NCBI GenBank assembly: GCA_037447605.1
Contig: CM074812.1
Span: 124,001 to 188,000, forward strand
Source: Zygnema circumcarinatum SAG 698-1b
Lineage: Eukaryota; Plantae; Zygnematophyceae
Reading direction: 5' to 3'
Length of the DNA stretch: 64,000 bases
Part shown: one piece after another, positions 1 through 12,259 of the stretch
Position numbering within the stretch: position 1 is the first letter of the stretch
Layout: every line of letters begins with the position of its first letter
Made by a program: the position numbers and the translations under genes
Notes under the pieces: generated by a model
The model's database searches: none
What the model was told of the DNA's origin: nothing
The model's input: only the letters and a program-made list of their open reading frames with translations

Positions 1-203
1 CTACTCAGTCCAGAAGGACACTCCTCACAACCCTGAAGGTAGCCTCCTCTGAGCTACCACTAAGCAGCAGAGAAGCTGCGCAGGAGGAGGTCAGCTAGGA
101 CGGCCGTTGCATTTCTTGAAGCAAAGGAAACAGCGTGTTCTAGAGTGAGGAGGAGGAGGAGCAGAGAGAGAGAAAGAAGAAAGATGAACGAAAGGCGGCT
201 CAC

Positions 204-503
204 AGCGTGGAGACTCGGCCGTCCTCGCAGGTGACGTAAGCCCAGGGGCAGGGGTCGGGGTCGTTGGTCCCCACCAGCCACGTGCTCCCCCCGGGGAAGG
301 CGTCCCCGAAGTTTTCCCTGAGCTTTAGCAGTGTGGCACCTGCCACGCGGCAGCCCCGCGGCCCGCCCCGTCAGCACCGCTCTCCGCCCTTCGCGGCGCC
401 AGCGCGGGCAGCGGTGGGGGGCGGGCGGGCGCGGCCCACCGTCTTCGGAGGCGGCGACGGCGGCGAGGAAGGCGGCCAGCAGCGCGCCCAGCAGCCGCGC
501 CAT
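204..503 (-). CDS. 5' part (exons 1-2) of an intron-rich LRR receptor-like kinase/protein with an ERECTA/SERK-type N-terminus; continues left of the window
   Basis: ATG at 503 gives signal peptide MARLLGALLAAFLAAVAASED (exon 1, 440-503, phase-1 GT donor). After a CAG acceptor, exon 2 (204-339) reads GATLLKLRENFGDAFPGGSTWLVGTNDPDPCPWAYVTCEDGRVSTL, a plant LRR N-cap (W..PC.W..VTC). It ends at a GTGAGC donor. Not captured by the ORF track. Confidence 0.8.
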
Positions 504-510
504 GGCGCCA

Positions 511-690
511 CCCTCCCCTCCCCTCCACCTCCCTCTCCCTCCCCCTCCCCCTCCCCCTCCCACTCCCCTTCCCCCTCCCCCTCTCCTTCCCACTCCCCTC
601 CCCNNNNNNNNNNCCCTCCCTCTCCCCTTCCCTCTCCCCTTCCCTCCCCTCCCCTCCCCTCCCCTCCAGCCCCCTCCCCCGCCTTCCCCG
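511..690. repeat. C-rich/CT low-complexity tract (G-rich on the minus strand) containing a 10-N assembly gap at 604-613
   Basis: Runs of ctcccc/cttcccc directly upstream of the minus-strand ATG at 503. Confidence 0.85.
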
Positions 691-1009
691 CTGCGGCGCT
701 TGCGGTCCACTGCGGCAGCGGACCCGTTCAGTACCGTACCCGTCTCGTTTGTCGCGTAGCGGCTCGTCCTGCCGCCCTTGCCCAACTGCCAACTGATTTC
801 GTACGAATTATCCGCTTTGACCGCGTCCCAACGACAGAAAGGAGGACCGATCTCACTAAACGACAACTTCTCCGCACGTCTCAGGATTTCGTATGAAGGT
901 ACGGCGGATCTGCCTCCGTACGGACCAACGCGGCGGCTGGGGCGGGGGCGGACCGGCGGAAAGGGAGGGGAAGGGGGGGGCTGAGGACGAGGGAGGGAGG
1001 GAGGGAGCC

Positions 1010-4000
1010 ATGGCGGGCGCGGGGGAGGGGGTGCTCCGCCGCCTGCTGCTGCTGCTCGCCGCCATGGTGGTGGCGGGGGGGGGCGTCTTCGCACGTGCGG
1101 CGGCGCAGAGCGCGAAGACGGACGCGGCGGCGCTGAGCGCGTTCCAGCGCGCGCTGAGCGGGGCGGGGGCGAGCGCGCTGGCGGCGCGCTGGAACGCGTC
1201 CGAGAGCGCGCTGTGCGCGTGGCCGGGCGTGGCCTGCGACCAAGCGGGCCGCGTGACGGGACTGCGGCTGGCGGGGAGGGGCCTCGAGGGGCCCATAGCG
1301 CCGGAGTTAGGGGGGCTCGACCGCCTGCTCACGCTCAACCTGGGGGGGAACCGCCTCTCGGGGGCCATTCCGCCTCAGCTTGGCTCCCTGACCGTCTTGC
1401 AGAAGCTCTTCCTGCAGGACAACTTACTGACAGGTGCTATTCCGCCGGAGCTGGGCAATCTCTCGCAGCTGCACGTGCTGGACCTGAGTTCGAGCGAGGA
1501 CAGTTCGTACAACAGCTTTGCAGGGACCGTCATTCCCGGCGAGTTGGGTGAGCTCTCCCGCCTGAGACACCTCCTCCTGAAGGGGCTCGCCCTGGAAGGC
1601 GCCATTCCGCCCGCCCTCTTCACTCTGCCTGCACTGGACGAACTCGACCTCAGCTTCAACCTCCTCTCGGGCGCCATCCCTGCGGAGGCGGCGACCTTCA
1701 GCGGCTCCTTCCTCTCCCTGGCTAACAACAACCTCACAGGCGGCATCCCCGCAGAGCTGCACATGGCCGCCATTCAGACCCTCGACCTGAGTCACAACCC
1801 GCTGGGAGGGCCCTTCCCGCGGAGTCTGCTCGCGCTGAACCAGACGCTGCTGAACCTCGTGCTTTCTGCTGCCGAGCTCGAGGGCCCCCTCCCTGCGGAC
1901 ATTGGCTCCCTTTTCAGCAGCCATGGGGATGACCTTTACGGTGGGGCCTTCGCCCCCAGCAGTCAGCTCTTTCTGGACGGGAATCGCCTGACTGGTCACA
2001 TTCCCACCAGCCTCGGAGAGGCCAAGTCTTTGGAGATCCTCGACCTCTCCAGCAACTTGCTCTCCGGGTCCATTCCAACGACGTTGCAGGAGCTCAGTGA
2101 TTCTCTCGTCACACTCTCCTTAGCGAACAACTCCCTCAGCGGACTCATCCCTGACATCTTCGCCAACTTCACTTATCTCAATTCCCTCGATCTCTCCTTC
2201 AACTCCCTGTCGGGATCCATCCCAGCATCCCTTGGCAGCGGCGAATTCTGCTCCTTAGTGGCTGTACGACTCAGCGGCAATCTCCTCAGCGGAGCCCTTC
2301 CTTCATCCCTTTGGCGATGCCCCAACTTGGAGACTCTTGACCTGCAAGCGAACGAACTTTCAGGCCGCCTTCCGCGAAGCTTCGGCTCCTCCATTGATAC
2401 TTTGGACCTCTCCGGCAACCGGCTGGAAGGGTCACTCCCTGCAAACCTCGCTAAGAGCACCCTGCTCACAACCTTGGACCTCTCTGACAACCTCCTCTCC
2501 GGTGCTCTCTCTCCCTCCCTCCTCTCCCTCCCCAACTTGACCTTTGTTAGCCTCGCAAAGAACCTTCTTAATGGCTCCATACCCAGCACGAATTCCACCA
2601 AAAGTGCTCCACTTACGTATTTAGACCTGAGCGATAACAGGCTTCAGGGGGGGCTGCCTTCATCACTGTCCTTTTTCAATGCCACTCTGACCAGTCTCAA
2701 CCTCTCCTCCAACCTCATCTCCGGAGCCATTGGTGCCGCCATGGGTGCCTTTCCAGCTCTCCAGCTCATGGACCTCTCTCACAACAACCTGACCGGCCCC
2801 CTCCCGCCCTCCTTTGGGCAGATGGTCAGCCTTGCCACCCTCTCTCTCTCTGACAATTCCATGGCCGGCCCTCTCCCCTCTGAGCTGGGGCATCTCGCTT
2901 CACTCCGAGCCCTCGATTTGTCGCAAAACGCGATCAACGGCTCTATTCCTCCTGAACTCGGGGACCTCTCCCTCTTGGAGCAGCTCGACCTCTCCTCCAA
3001 CACTCTCACCTCCTCCATTCCCTCCACACTTGGAAACCTCAGCCGGCTCAATACACTCGACCTATCCAACAACCAACTGACGGGTGTTATCCCACTCGAA
3101 CTCGCAAGCTTGTCACTCCTTCAGCTGTTCAACGTCTCCAATAACCAACTGACAGGTATCATTCCTGGGGGAAATCTCACAAGATTTCCTGAGTCCTCTT
3201 ATCTCAATAATTCAGGCCTTTGTGGTGGGCCCCTCCTCGCCTGTGTTTACTCTCCTGCGGAAGGGGGTTCTGGACTATCTGCGGCAGCCATAGCCGGCAT
3301 TGCCACGGGGGGGGTAGCCGCCATGCTTCTTGTGCTGCTACTGGCAGCCATGGCTGCGCTCTGCAGGAAGCGTGACTTGGGTGACGAGGACGAGGGCGAG
3401 CTCATCCTCTTCCACAAGCTGGGCAGCCCCCTTAACTATCGGATCATTTTGGAGTCAACGGAGAATTTCAGCGAGAAAACGCAGCTGGGAGCAGGCGGAT
3501 TCGGGTCCGTCTACAAGTGGGTGTTCTTGTCCCTGATTCTCTGAAATCCGAAGGATTCTCCTCTGTCCATTGGGTTTGTTCCGTTTGTGATGAACTTACA
3601 GGCTCCCCTTGGAGCCCCTATACATTGTAGTTGTCAATAGCGGTAACGTTCGTCAGCACCTGGATATGCAAGCGCAGTGGCATATGGAAAAACTCTAGCT
3701 CGAATGCAGTGGAGCTTCGAAGGTTTCTGGTATCCCCGAAAGCAGAGATTGCATGAGCAATTTTTTTTTGGCCAAGGTGGTCAACCATCTGCACGCGAGA
3801 CTGTTGTGGCATTCCAAGAATCCGCGTTCTGTGTACATCTTCAAGGAAACTCTACGGAGTTACCCCCTGTGCCTCTCATATTTGCTTACAGCGCCCCCCC
3901 TCCCTCCCTCCCTCCTCCCTCCCTCCCTCCCTCCCTCCCTCCCCCTCCTGCCTGCCTGCGTGCAGGGTAACCCTAAAGGACGGCACGGAGCTGGCCGTGA

Positions 4001-4887
4001 AGCGACTCCACGATGGGACCGGGCAGGGGAGAGCGGAGCTGAAGGCGGAGGTGGGGACGTTGGGGCAGCTCAAACACCGCCACCTCGTGCTGCTTGTGGG
4101 CAGCTTTGTGGGCCGCCGGGAGGCCCTCCTTATATACGAGTTTCTGCCGGGGGGGGACCTGGACGGCAAGCTCTACAACGGGAAGCTCAAATTCCAACTA
4201 TGGAGCATGCGGCACGCCGCCCTCCTAGACACGGCCAAGGGAGTGAAGTATCTCCACCACGACGCACCCTCCCCTGTGGTGCACCGCGACATCAAACCCG
4301 CCAACGTGCTCTTCGACACCGCCATGGTTGCCAAGCTCGCCGACTTTGGGCTCGCCCGCCATATGGACCTCGCGGTAGGGACGCATCTCTCCACTGCGGT
4401 GGCGGGGACGGTGGGGTATTTGGCCCCCGAGTATGCCACCTCGGGGAGGCTCAACACCAAGACGGATGTGTTCGCATTCGGGGTGATGCTGCTGCAGGTG
4501 CTGACGGGGAAGAAGCCCGGGGAGGAGGTGTTGGGAGACATTGGGCTTGCGAGGTGGACCCACAAAACCCTCAAGGAGAATGGTTTGCAGGGAGTCGCAG
4601 ACCCGGCCATGGCGGTAGAGCAGCACGAGGAGGAGCAGGTGGTCGGGGCGCTGCGTCTTGGCCTCATGTGCGCTTCCAAAGTCCCGAGCAACCGGCCCAC
4701 CATGGACGAGGTCGTGTACGTGCTCGAGAATCTTGACATTTTTGACAGCGACAACCGGTCCGAGATGTGGGCGACCTCCAGCGGAATACCGACCGATGGG
4801 CAGAGCCGGACGGGCTTGGGGCACTCCCAAAGCAGCATCCCCTCCGGCCTTGGGCACTCCCAGAGCAGCCTGCACTCCGGCCGGTAG
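1010..4887 (+). CDS. LRR receptor-like Ser/Thr kinase with ~26 LRRs and an RD kinase domain; 2 exons (1010-3516, 3966-4887), ~1142 aa
   Basis: Signal peptide, N-cap CAWPGVAC, plant LxxLxLxxNxLxGxIP repeats, C-cap NSGLCGGPL and a TM helix. Splicing AA|gt...cag|G restores GGFGSVYK-VTLKDGTELAVK. Kinase motifs: HRDIKPAN, DFG, GTVGYLAPEY, DVFAFG. Confidence 0.95.
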
Positions 4888-5584
4888 GGGGTAGCCTACA
4901 GCCTTCTTTGTAAAGCTCCTCTGTTAGGGTCAGCCATTGCAGACCTGTTCCCCCCCTTTTTATGTGGAGAATGGGATCATAGGTTACTTTCTGTATTGTC
5001 CGTGTAGACCAAAATCTTTGCTCTCAGTTGCAGTATGCAGAGAGGAAGACAATTTTGGCTGGAAGCTTCCCAGGAGGTCAAATCTCCGTAGCCTTCATAA
5101 GTGAAGCGTGGCAGAAATCAGTCGATTCTCCTTTTGACCCATAAAATAGCTCAATTTGTAATATAAATAAGAATATTTTTTTTGAAGTGTCTGGTTTACA
5201 CGTAGTGTGTTTCTGATCCATTCAGCCGTGTACTTGGCATATTCAGACTGGGTCAGCATGAAAGTTATGTCGTTGCTTGCTCTCACTCGTCAATGAAAGG
5301 CATGCAACGTAGGCTGGACGAAGTCCGTACACACAGGCAATAATAAACGATTACGGATGAAACGGCCCATACAAGTGTTTAGAACACATGGACAAATGAT
5401 TCTAAACCTAGCTGGTCCACTGACCATTTATGTACATGTTCCCACAATGATCTATCCCGCAAATGTAAACCCCTCGAGACATCGCAATAACAATATGATA
5501 TAGGGTGACTAATTTTCCCAAACGCCGCCTGGCATAAATTAGAAGTCAGCTAAACAATTTCCAGCGGTGATTTCTGATATCACG

Positions 5585-8500
5585 TCACACCGGGCGAGCC
5601 TTTACACGAGGCCTGCGGCGGCGTTCTTCGTCTTCATCCACGTCGGGATCGTCTTCCCTCAGAACTCGTTCCCTGACATTGCACACTCCCACAATAAGGA
5701 GTAAATACACCGTTCACGTACCTCCAGACTTCTCCTTAGCTTTCAGCATTCATTTCCCCAAACTGCTGAAAACTCCCTTTGCAACAAGCAGTGCAGTAGA
5801 AACTGGAACCGTCTCCTATCTCATCCTTTCTCCTCATCCCTTTATCGCTCCTTTCCTCTTCGCCCTCCTCCATTCTTGGCCCCCCTCCCTCACCTGTATC
5901 GTTCGCAGAATCGAAGGAGCGAGTCGCAGCCATGGGAGGCTGCCACCTCCGCCACATGGAGGATGGAGGCAGTGTTCAGATGCTCCGCCAACTTCACCTC
6001 GCAGAGCTCCTTCAGACTGCTTGCATGCGTAAGCACGGCAGAGTGCCCCCCTCCTGCAGCAAGCCGGCTTACCTCCCCCACACACCTGCCACCTCATCCC
6101 CCCCTTCAAGAACAATTACACTCTCACATGTAGCAGGCAGGTGTGAGACCCAAGTGAACAGACCTCCAAAACTTCACAAAACCAACCACCCCACTTGCCA
6201 ATCACAATCAAAGTGAAATCGTCCAGTACTTTCCCAGTGCTCCACCTGCATGCAAGCTGCACTGCAGGACGGTTGCACTTTACCAGTCTATGGGGGTGGG
6301 CTGCCATGCATATGCTTCCCTCCCCGTGGCTGCCTGCCCACAGCTGTTGTAGCCCCATCCCAGCAGCCGTCCATCCGCCATGGCTGCAAGCGTGTGGCTT
6401 TGCCCACAGGCCACTGCGCGGATGCCACGTGGCATCACGAGAACAGGCAGTGGCAGCAGCTCCCCCGTCTCAAAGTCAGCGCTGACGTGGCTCATTAAGA
6501 AGGCGCGAGTTCGGCCCACTCCGAGCTGCCCCTCCCTCCCCTCCCCCCACATGTAGAGCCCCCCCCTGGCAGCGTCCACCATAGTTAGCGAACTCCCAAT
6601 CCTCGAAGAGTAGTGACGAAAGCTGCCCTAGTGTGGAGCTAAACGGCCATAATGAGTAAGACTTGACTTTGTCCCTCCGAAGGGAGGCAGAATCTTCATC
6701 GGCTAACCTGTCGGAAATGGCGCACGTGTGAACTCGTCCACAGGCCACCTCGCGTAGGGGCACACCCTCCAGGGCCACCACTCTGCGGGGAAGCGATTCA
6801 TGGCGGCCCCCTTGCAGCGTGCGGTGGCCGAGCTGCCCCATGGCGCCCCATCCCCAAGTGTACCTGCCCGCCAACGTATGGAGAACGGCAGTGGATTGGG
6901 TAAAAGGCCCCATGAAAATAGGATTTGGGTTCTCACTAATTGTGCAATATAAGAGCGCTACTAAAAACCTACAACCTGAGAAACCTGAGAATGTAGCATA
7001 ACCGACCAGCCATCCTCATGCAAGTGGGGATGGGTGTCAAAACTGACAACCAGATTGTCTGCCTATGACGATACAAACGCAGCCGTCCGCCGACTCTCGA
7101 ACAGCACGGCAAAACGAACTCATCACACAACTCAATGTTCTCCTTCCTTCCTTCCTTTTTGTTCTTTCTTTTCTCAATGTTCTTCTTTTCTTTTCTTTCT
7201 TTTCTGCAGCCCTCTCAGCCTAAATCCCAGCAGCACAAGCCACTCGCCATCATAGCGGCAGAGGTAATGACTGATGGGAAGCTTACAAGTCGCCGGAGTC
7301 TGCCGCAATGGCGGCTGTATGAAACTCTCCGCATGCCACGCTGGCCACCCGAAGGTGCACGGGCTCCTCGTCCAAATGCTGCCCAAAGCCCTGAACCCTC
7401 CTCGCCTCCTGCAGGCCGTCACAGCGGAAGCCGCGGCCAAGCTGCCCGAACTCGTTATACCCTGACATTGGCAGCAGCCCCGAGCCGGCTTTCTCAGAAT
7501 AACACTCCCCATGTTACTGCTGAAGGGTGAAGAATGAAGAATGTATGGACTAATGCATCGTATAGCGGCTCCGACAGCTCCCTATTTGGTCATAGCTGCT
7601 GCATCTGCATGTGAGTTGCATTCAGAGACGTGGCGAGAAAGGGTGGGCATACCCCATGTCTGCAGCAGACCATCCACCGAAACAGCTGCTGCATGGTTTG
7701 CTCCACACGCCACCTGCTTCACCACCTGCATGCCCGCAAGAAAATCCACCAGTTCCCCGACATGTTCAATGTTAATCAGATGTTCCGGATGAGACTTTAG
7801 AGACTAAAATGTCCTCTTTCGTCACGAGAACATGCCAAAACCTAAGAATCAACAGTTGAGCTCCTGAAAAGAGGAAAGGCATCTAAACTCCAGACAACAT
7901 ACAACTTGTGGGTCAAAGCTCTCGTTGTTGGCTCAAAGATAGCTATTGCTTACAGTACAAGGGGGGAAGGCTCCTCGAAAAAGTCGCGGAACATTGTCCT
8001 TCTGCTCCCTCTCAGAAGCCCCCGAGGTCCAAAAAAACATTCAAATGTGAATGACTGAAAGTGAATTTATCGGTCAGATTTGCCAAAAATGACGCCCATC
8101 ATTCACGACTTCTAAAATGCGGTCGAAGTCTCTCCTGAAACGTCCCTGTCTGCATCAGTCAGTCCCTCCATTCTCCTACTCTCGTCCAAATTAGACAGTG
8201 GGGCAAAATCAGCCATATCCTTTGATGACAGGGGCTTTTGACAATGACGCAGCAGGAACCTGGCTGATCTCGTATCATGGTGCTTGCTTGTAACCTAAAT
8301 TGAAGAACAAGATGGCGCTGCTGAGCTGGCTGTGGCCCGAAACTCAGTATGTTTGGTTGTTAATATAACGAACCCAAGCACCGAGATACCAAACAGCTGG
8401 AAATGCTCAGATCTGCCTGTCTGCTAAGAAATGTGACACCGCCATGACTTATTCCCAAGAGACTGCTGGCAGTCTGATCGATCAGTCCACCACCAATTGC

Positions 8501-9257
8501 CCATTTGACACCCGTCAAATGGAAAAGCGAAAGGAGCAGCCCGGGCTTCTCGGCCATACGCGAGTACCTGGTTTTGGCCCCACACCCATAGCCTCCCTTC
8601 CCCTGCCTCCTCCGCGCCAACTTGACCCTTAGCGCGCGTGATGGCTGCCGTGAAATACGACCCGCATGCGACGGCTGTCACCACCTCCTCGCGGAGAGCC
8701 TTCACACGGCGGGGCTCCCTACCGTCCGTCCAGGCCCAATTCAATGCGGGGTAAGCTTCCCCACTCGCCACAGCCACAGCCTCCTGCAACGCCTCTAACC
8801 ACCGAAACCTGACCATGCCATAGAGGCGACACTCTGCAGAAAACTTTCTGCAGAGAAAAATCCAACCTCCACCCCGCCCTCTCCCTCTAAGCGCGATGAC
8901 GGGCCCCCTCTACCTGCGATCCACCTCGGAGCCATCGCCGAGCTGGCCGTAGCCGTTGCTCCCCCATGTAAAGAGGCTGCCGTCAGCAGCCACGGCCGCC
9001 GTGTGCTCAAGCCCACAGGCCACATCAGCCAGCAGGAGGGGCTGCCCCCCTGCCCCCCGGAAGCGGTCGGAGGGCACGGCCTGCGGCTGCCGCTGGCAGC
9101 GCCACGAGCGCGGGTCCCCGCTGGGCCCGCACGCGTGCGAGGTCTGCCCCTGCGCGTTCAGCCCCCACACGTACAGCGTGCTCCGCTGCGGCTCGCGGGC
9201 CGCCGGCCCGCCCTCTCCCTTCTCCTCCTCCTCCGCCGCCCACTCCCCGACCGCCAT
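5585..9257 (-). CDS. RCC1-repeat (UVR8-superfamily, not UVR8 itself) protein with a C-terminal BACK-like helical segment; multi-exon
   Basis: Exons encode VACGLEHTAAV..GSLFTWGSNGYGQLG, VACGSYFT, GYNEFGQLGRG, VACGEFHT, YTWGWGAMGQLG, VACGQSHT and LAAGGGHSAVLT. They are followed by SLKELCEVKLAEHL..LLRFCERY, and the last exon RERVLREDD..RPV* (stop at 5585). From memory it resembles the Arabidopsis At3g02300-type RCC1 protein. Confidence 0.88.
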
Positions 9258-10178
9258 GGCGGGCGCCTGCCTCAATCCCTCTCTCGCTCTCTCTCTGCCG
9301 GCAGATACCCTGCTTAGGAGGTCCTAGGGACCTATGTGCTAGGGGCCTAGTGGCTGAAAAGGCCCACGATTGGCGGAGATACCCACGTGGTTTAGCGTGG
9401 CAGCTTTTGGTTGGTCTACATTCACAAGATATGGACAAAAGTGCAGCCCGCGGGAGGCCGGCCAATGATGCTAGCGGTGTAATCTGGTTATGCGATATAT
9501 TGCGATACACTATGGATCCGATATTGTTTGGGGATATATTGCGATACGATATCGATTCAGTATGGCATGCCCCTTAACGATTATCGCTTGATATCGGGGA
9601 AGGGGTCCCGCCCTTTGTGTGAGGGGAGAGGGAGGAGGGGGGAGGAATTCACGATGGGCTCTTTTTCCCCTCAGCCTTCGCATGCATTTCTGCGGGGTGC
9701 TGCTAACCCAATGTGCGAACTCACTCTGGCTCAGAAAATAAGATCGAGGCGCCCGCTTGCATTGGTCAATTCTCAGAGAAGGTGGCAACAGGGTCTGCTA
9801 AAAAACCAATATTGAAAACTTGAAAGCTATCCGGTTCAAAGGTACGCTGAACTTTGAGGCTGAGCTCCCTCGGGGGAGGGCTGTAGAGCATTAGCGCATT
9901 AAGGCCGTCACTGAGATGCGTTCTTAAGGCGTCAAGAAGCACACGAGCCTGTCTATGACATATGCCACACACCACACCGCCTTCGCCTTTTCAAAACTGA
10001 AAAAATGTCAGACTTACAAACAGAATTTTCTTCCCGAATATGATTGCGGACTCCATTTCTGCCTGTCTGGGTTTCACAATAATACTCTTATCTCGATATC
10101 TTACAAGTTGTTTCCAGAACCAGCCGCTGCCCTATCTTCATTGCCAGCTCGAAAAAATATCCACAATGCAAACATGCT

Positions 10179-11442
10179 TTATTGATATCCTTTCTCCATT
10201 TTGCTCTTCTGCGCAATCTGCTCAGGGGAGGGCGCCGAGTCAGTCTTTCCACCGTTTTCATCACCACTTCCGCCCTGCTCCCCTTTCAAACTTTCCACGG
10301 CTTGGAAGTACGTCAAGCCGTACTTCTTTGCAACCTCGCTTGCCTTTTTCGCCACCTCTTGCGTCGTGGATGGCTTCGTAGAGGCCGCTTCAGGATTCAC
10401 AGGGTTTCCAATTTCAAGAAAGTAGTTTTCAAGCCCCGCAGGAATGCAGTGGACGAGCATGTGAGCGTCTTTGCTGCCCTTGTTGTGGAAGGAATGGCGT
10501 CTCCCGCGTGGCATGTGAATGAAGTCTCCCGTCTTTGCCTGATGCACTCTGCCGCCAACATCAAGCCGTGCATCGCTCTCATCAGATGGATTGTTTTTAC
10601 CCTATCAGCCAAAACGAAGGGGCGGGTAACTTCTCCTTGAAACCCGCAAGGAATTGCAGCACTCACTGGTCCTCGAACCTCCATTCGAGATCTCCGTCGA
10701 GCATGAACCACGTCTCGTCCTCGTTGTTGTGTTGGTGCTCGTCCGTACCGTCTCCGGGGGAGAGGTGGTACTCCATGGTGGAGTACGCTCCGTTTGTGTG
10801 CTCCGCCTTTGTCTTCACCGTCACGCGCATTCCAAGGGCCCACAATGCCTCGCCGCCTTTTTCTTTGACAAGATGACTTCCGACCCCTTCGCTTGAAGAA
10901 CCTGCAGTCGAGGAGTCCTGGAAGAAAACTCTCGCCGAGTGGAAAAATGCAACCTGGGTTTTGAAACAACCAAGACAGTCAATTTTCTGTTTCGGAGCAC
11001 AAATGAGTCCTCAAAGGAATCTGGGTGTTGCTTCTCGTGTGTTATTTTATTTTTATAAAATTTACAACGAAAATTACATCAATCAACCCAGGCACGTTGT
11101 GGCGTAGCCTTCAATACTTGTTGAAGAGACAACAGGTTAACACAGGTTATTGAACACTGCAAGGAATTTTTTTCTTTCAGCGTCACAAGGGAAGAAGTAA
11201 GCAAATTTCCAAAGCATTAGACAATAAAGTGAGCCGAGACACAAAAAATTTCGACCAGCGGCGGTTGCTGCAACACAGCGAGCAGGACACTTCCACCGCC
11301 CCACATTCGTTCTCACCCTCCAGCAATCAGGTGGCGCAAGCAACGGGGAGAGAGCCCGGCCACCACCCCTGTGCGCGGCGCGCTTGGACGCCCGCCCAGC
11401 CTGCAGAAGCGCCGTGGCGAAGGCCCCCGCCCTCATGGCCAT
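10179..11442 (-). CDS. Cupin-domain protein, quercetin 2,3-dioxygenase (QueD)-like, with a putative organellar transit peptide; 3 exons (11256-11442, 10667-10901, 10179-10548)
   Basis: The spliced frame gives TNGAYSTMEYHLSPGDGTDEHQHNNEDETWFMLDG-LEWRFEDQ|VHQAKTGDFIHMPRGRRHSFHN..PAGLENYF, containing cupin motif 1 (HxH..E) and motif 2 (P.G..H.F.N). Exon 1 is Ala/Arg-rich; its GTCGAA donor is weak, so exon 1 is less certain. Confidence 0.82.
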
Positions 11443-12259
11443 GACCTCCACTCTCCTCCCCTCCTCCCCTCCCCTCCCCTCGCTACTGCCCTCCACTCCC
11501 CTCCACACCACTCCACTCCACACCCGTTCAGTCGTCTCCCTCCACTTCCCTCCACACCGGTGTTGCGCGCACAGCGCAGTGTGCGGGAGAGCGAGCGGGG
11601 CGGAGGGGGGTTGGAGGGCTCCGCCTCTTCCTGCTTGACCCCTCCTCCCCCCACCCTCCCCCCCGCCCGCCATGGCGGCTCCCTCCGCCGCGCGGCCCGC
11701 CGGCGCGCAGCCACGCGCTGCCCTCTGCATGGGCCTCCGCCGAGACGTACGGACAATACGGACCGTAACAGGATGACGACCAATCAGGTCTCGCCGTATC
11801 ATCCCGACAAGTAGTGACGTGACAGGCACAGATTAGTCCACGGAGGCATGCTGGAATTCGCTTTCCAATGAGAGGCCGACACGTGCACGGTGAGCGCAAG
11901 CACAGTACGGTTTGGAATAGACGCTGTCGATAGTGGGCTAAGCCCTACAAAGCCAACCATTGAGAGGTGGTGTTTGTGCATTTGGGTTTGTGTGCAAACA
12001 AGAATAACCACTTCAGGGGCTGACGAGGAGTTTGAGAATAAGTCCTAGGACCCTAAAGACTCTACCGATTTAAAAATGAATAAAAAAGAAAAAATCAGAC
12101 AACCCTCTGGTGGAGCTCCCGTCCCTAAACGATTCACCCTTACTCTGCAAGACTAACTTCTTGCGAAGCGTCAACTAGATAACTGAGGTTTCTGTCTTTT
12201 TAGGTCGTAGCCCAAACGGGAGGATAGACCGGAAACAAATAAGGGAGCTGCTTCAAATG

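Noticed and set aside
60-1094. 344-aa ORF and other Pro/Gly/Arg-rich ORFs over the first kilobase
   Set aside because: Products of G/C low-complexity sequence spanning an N gap. Only 440-503 of that frame appears to be real coding sequence.
1010-4887. Calling the kinase BRI1, PSKR or EMS1
   Set aside because: There is no long island domain before the last LRRs, and the subfamily cannot be fixed without a phylogeny.
5585-9257. Calling the RCC1 protein UVR8
   Set aside because: No GWRHT tryptophan motifs or C-terminal VP motif were seen.
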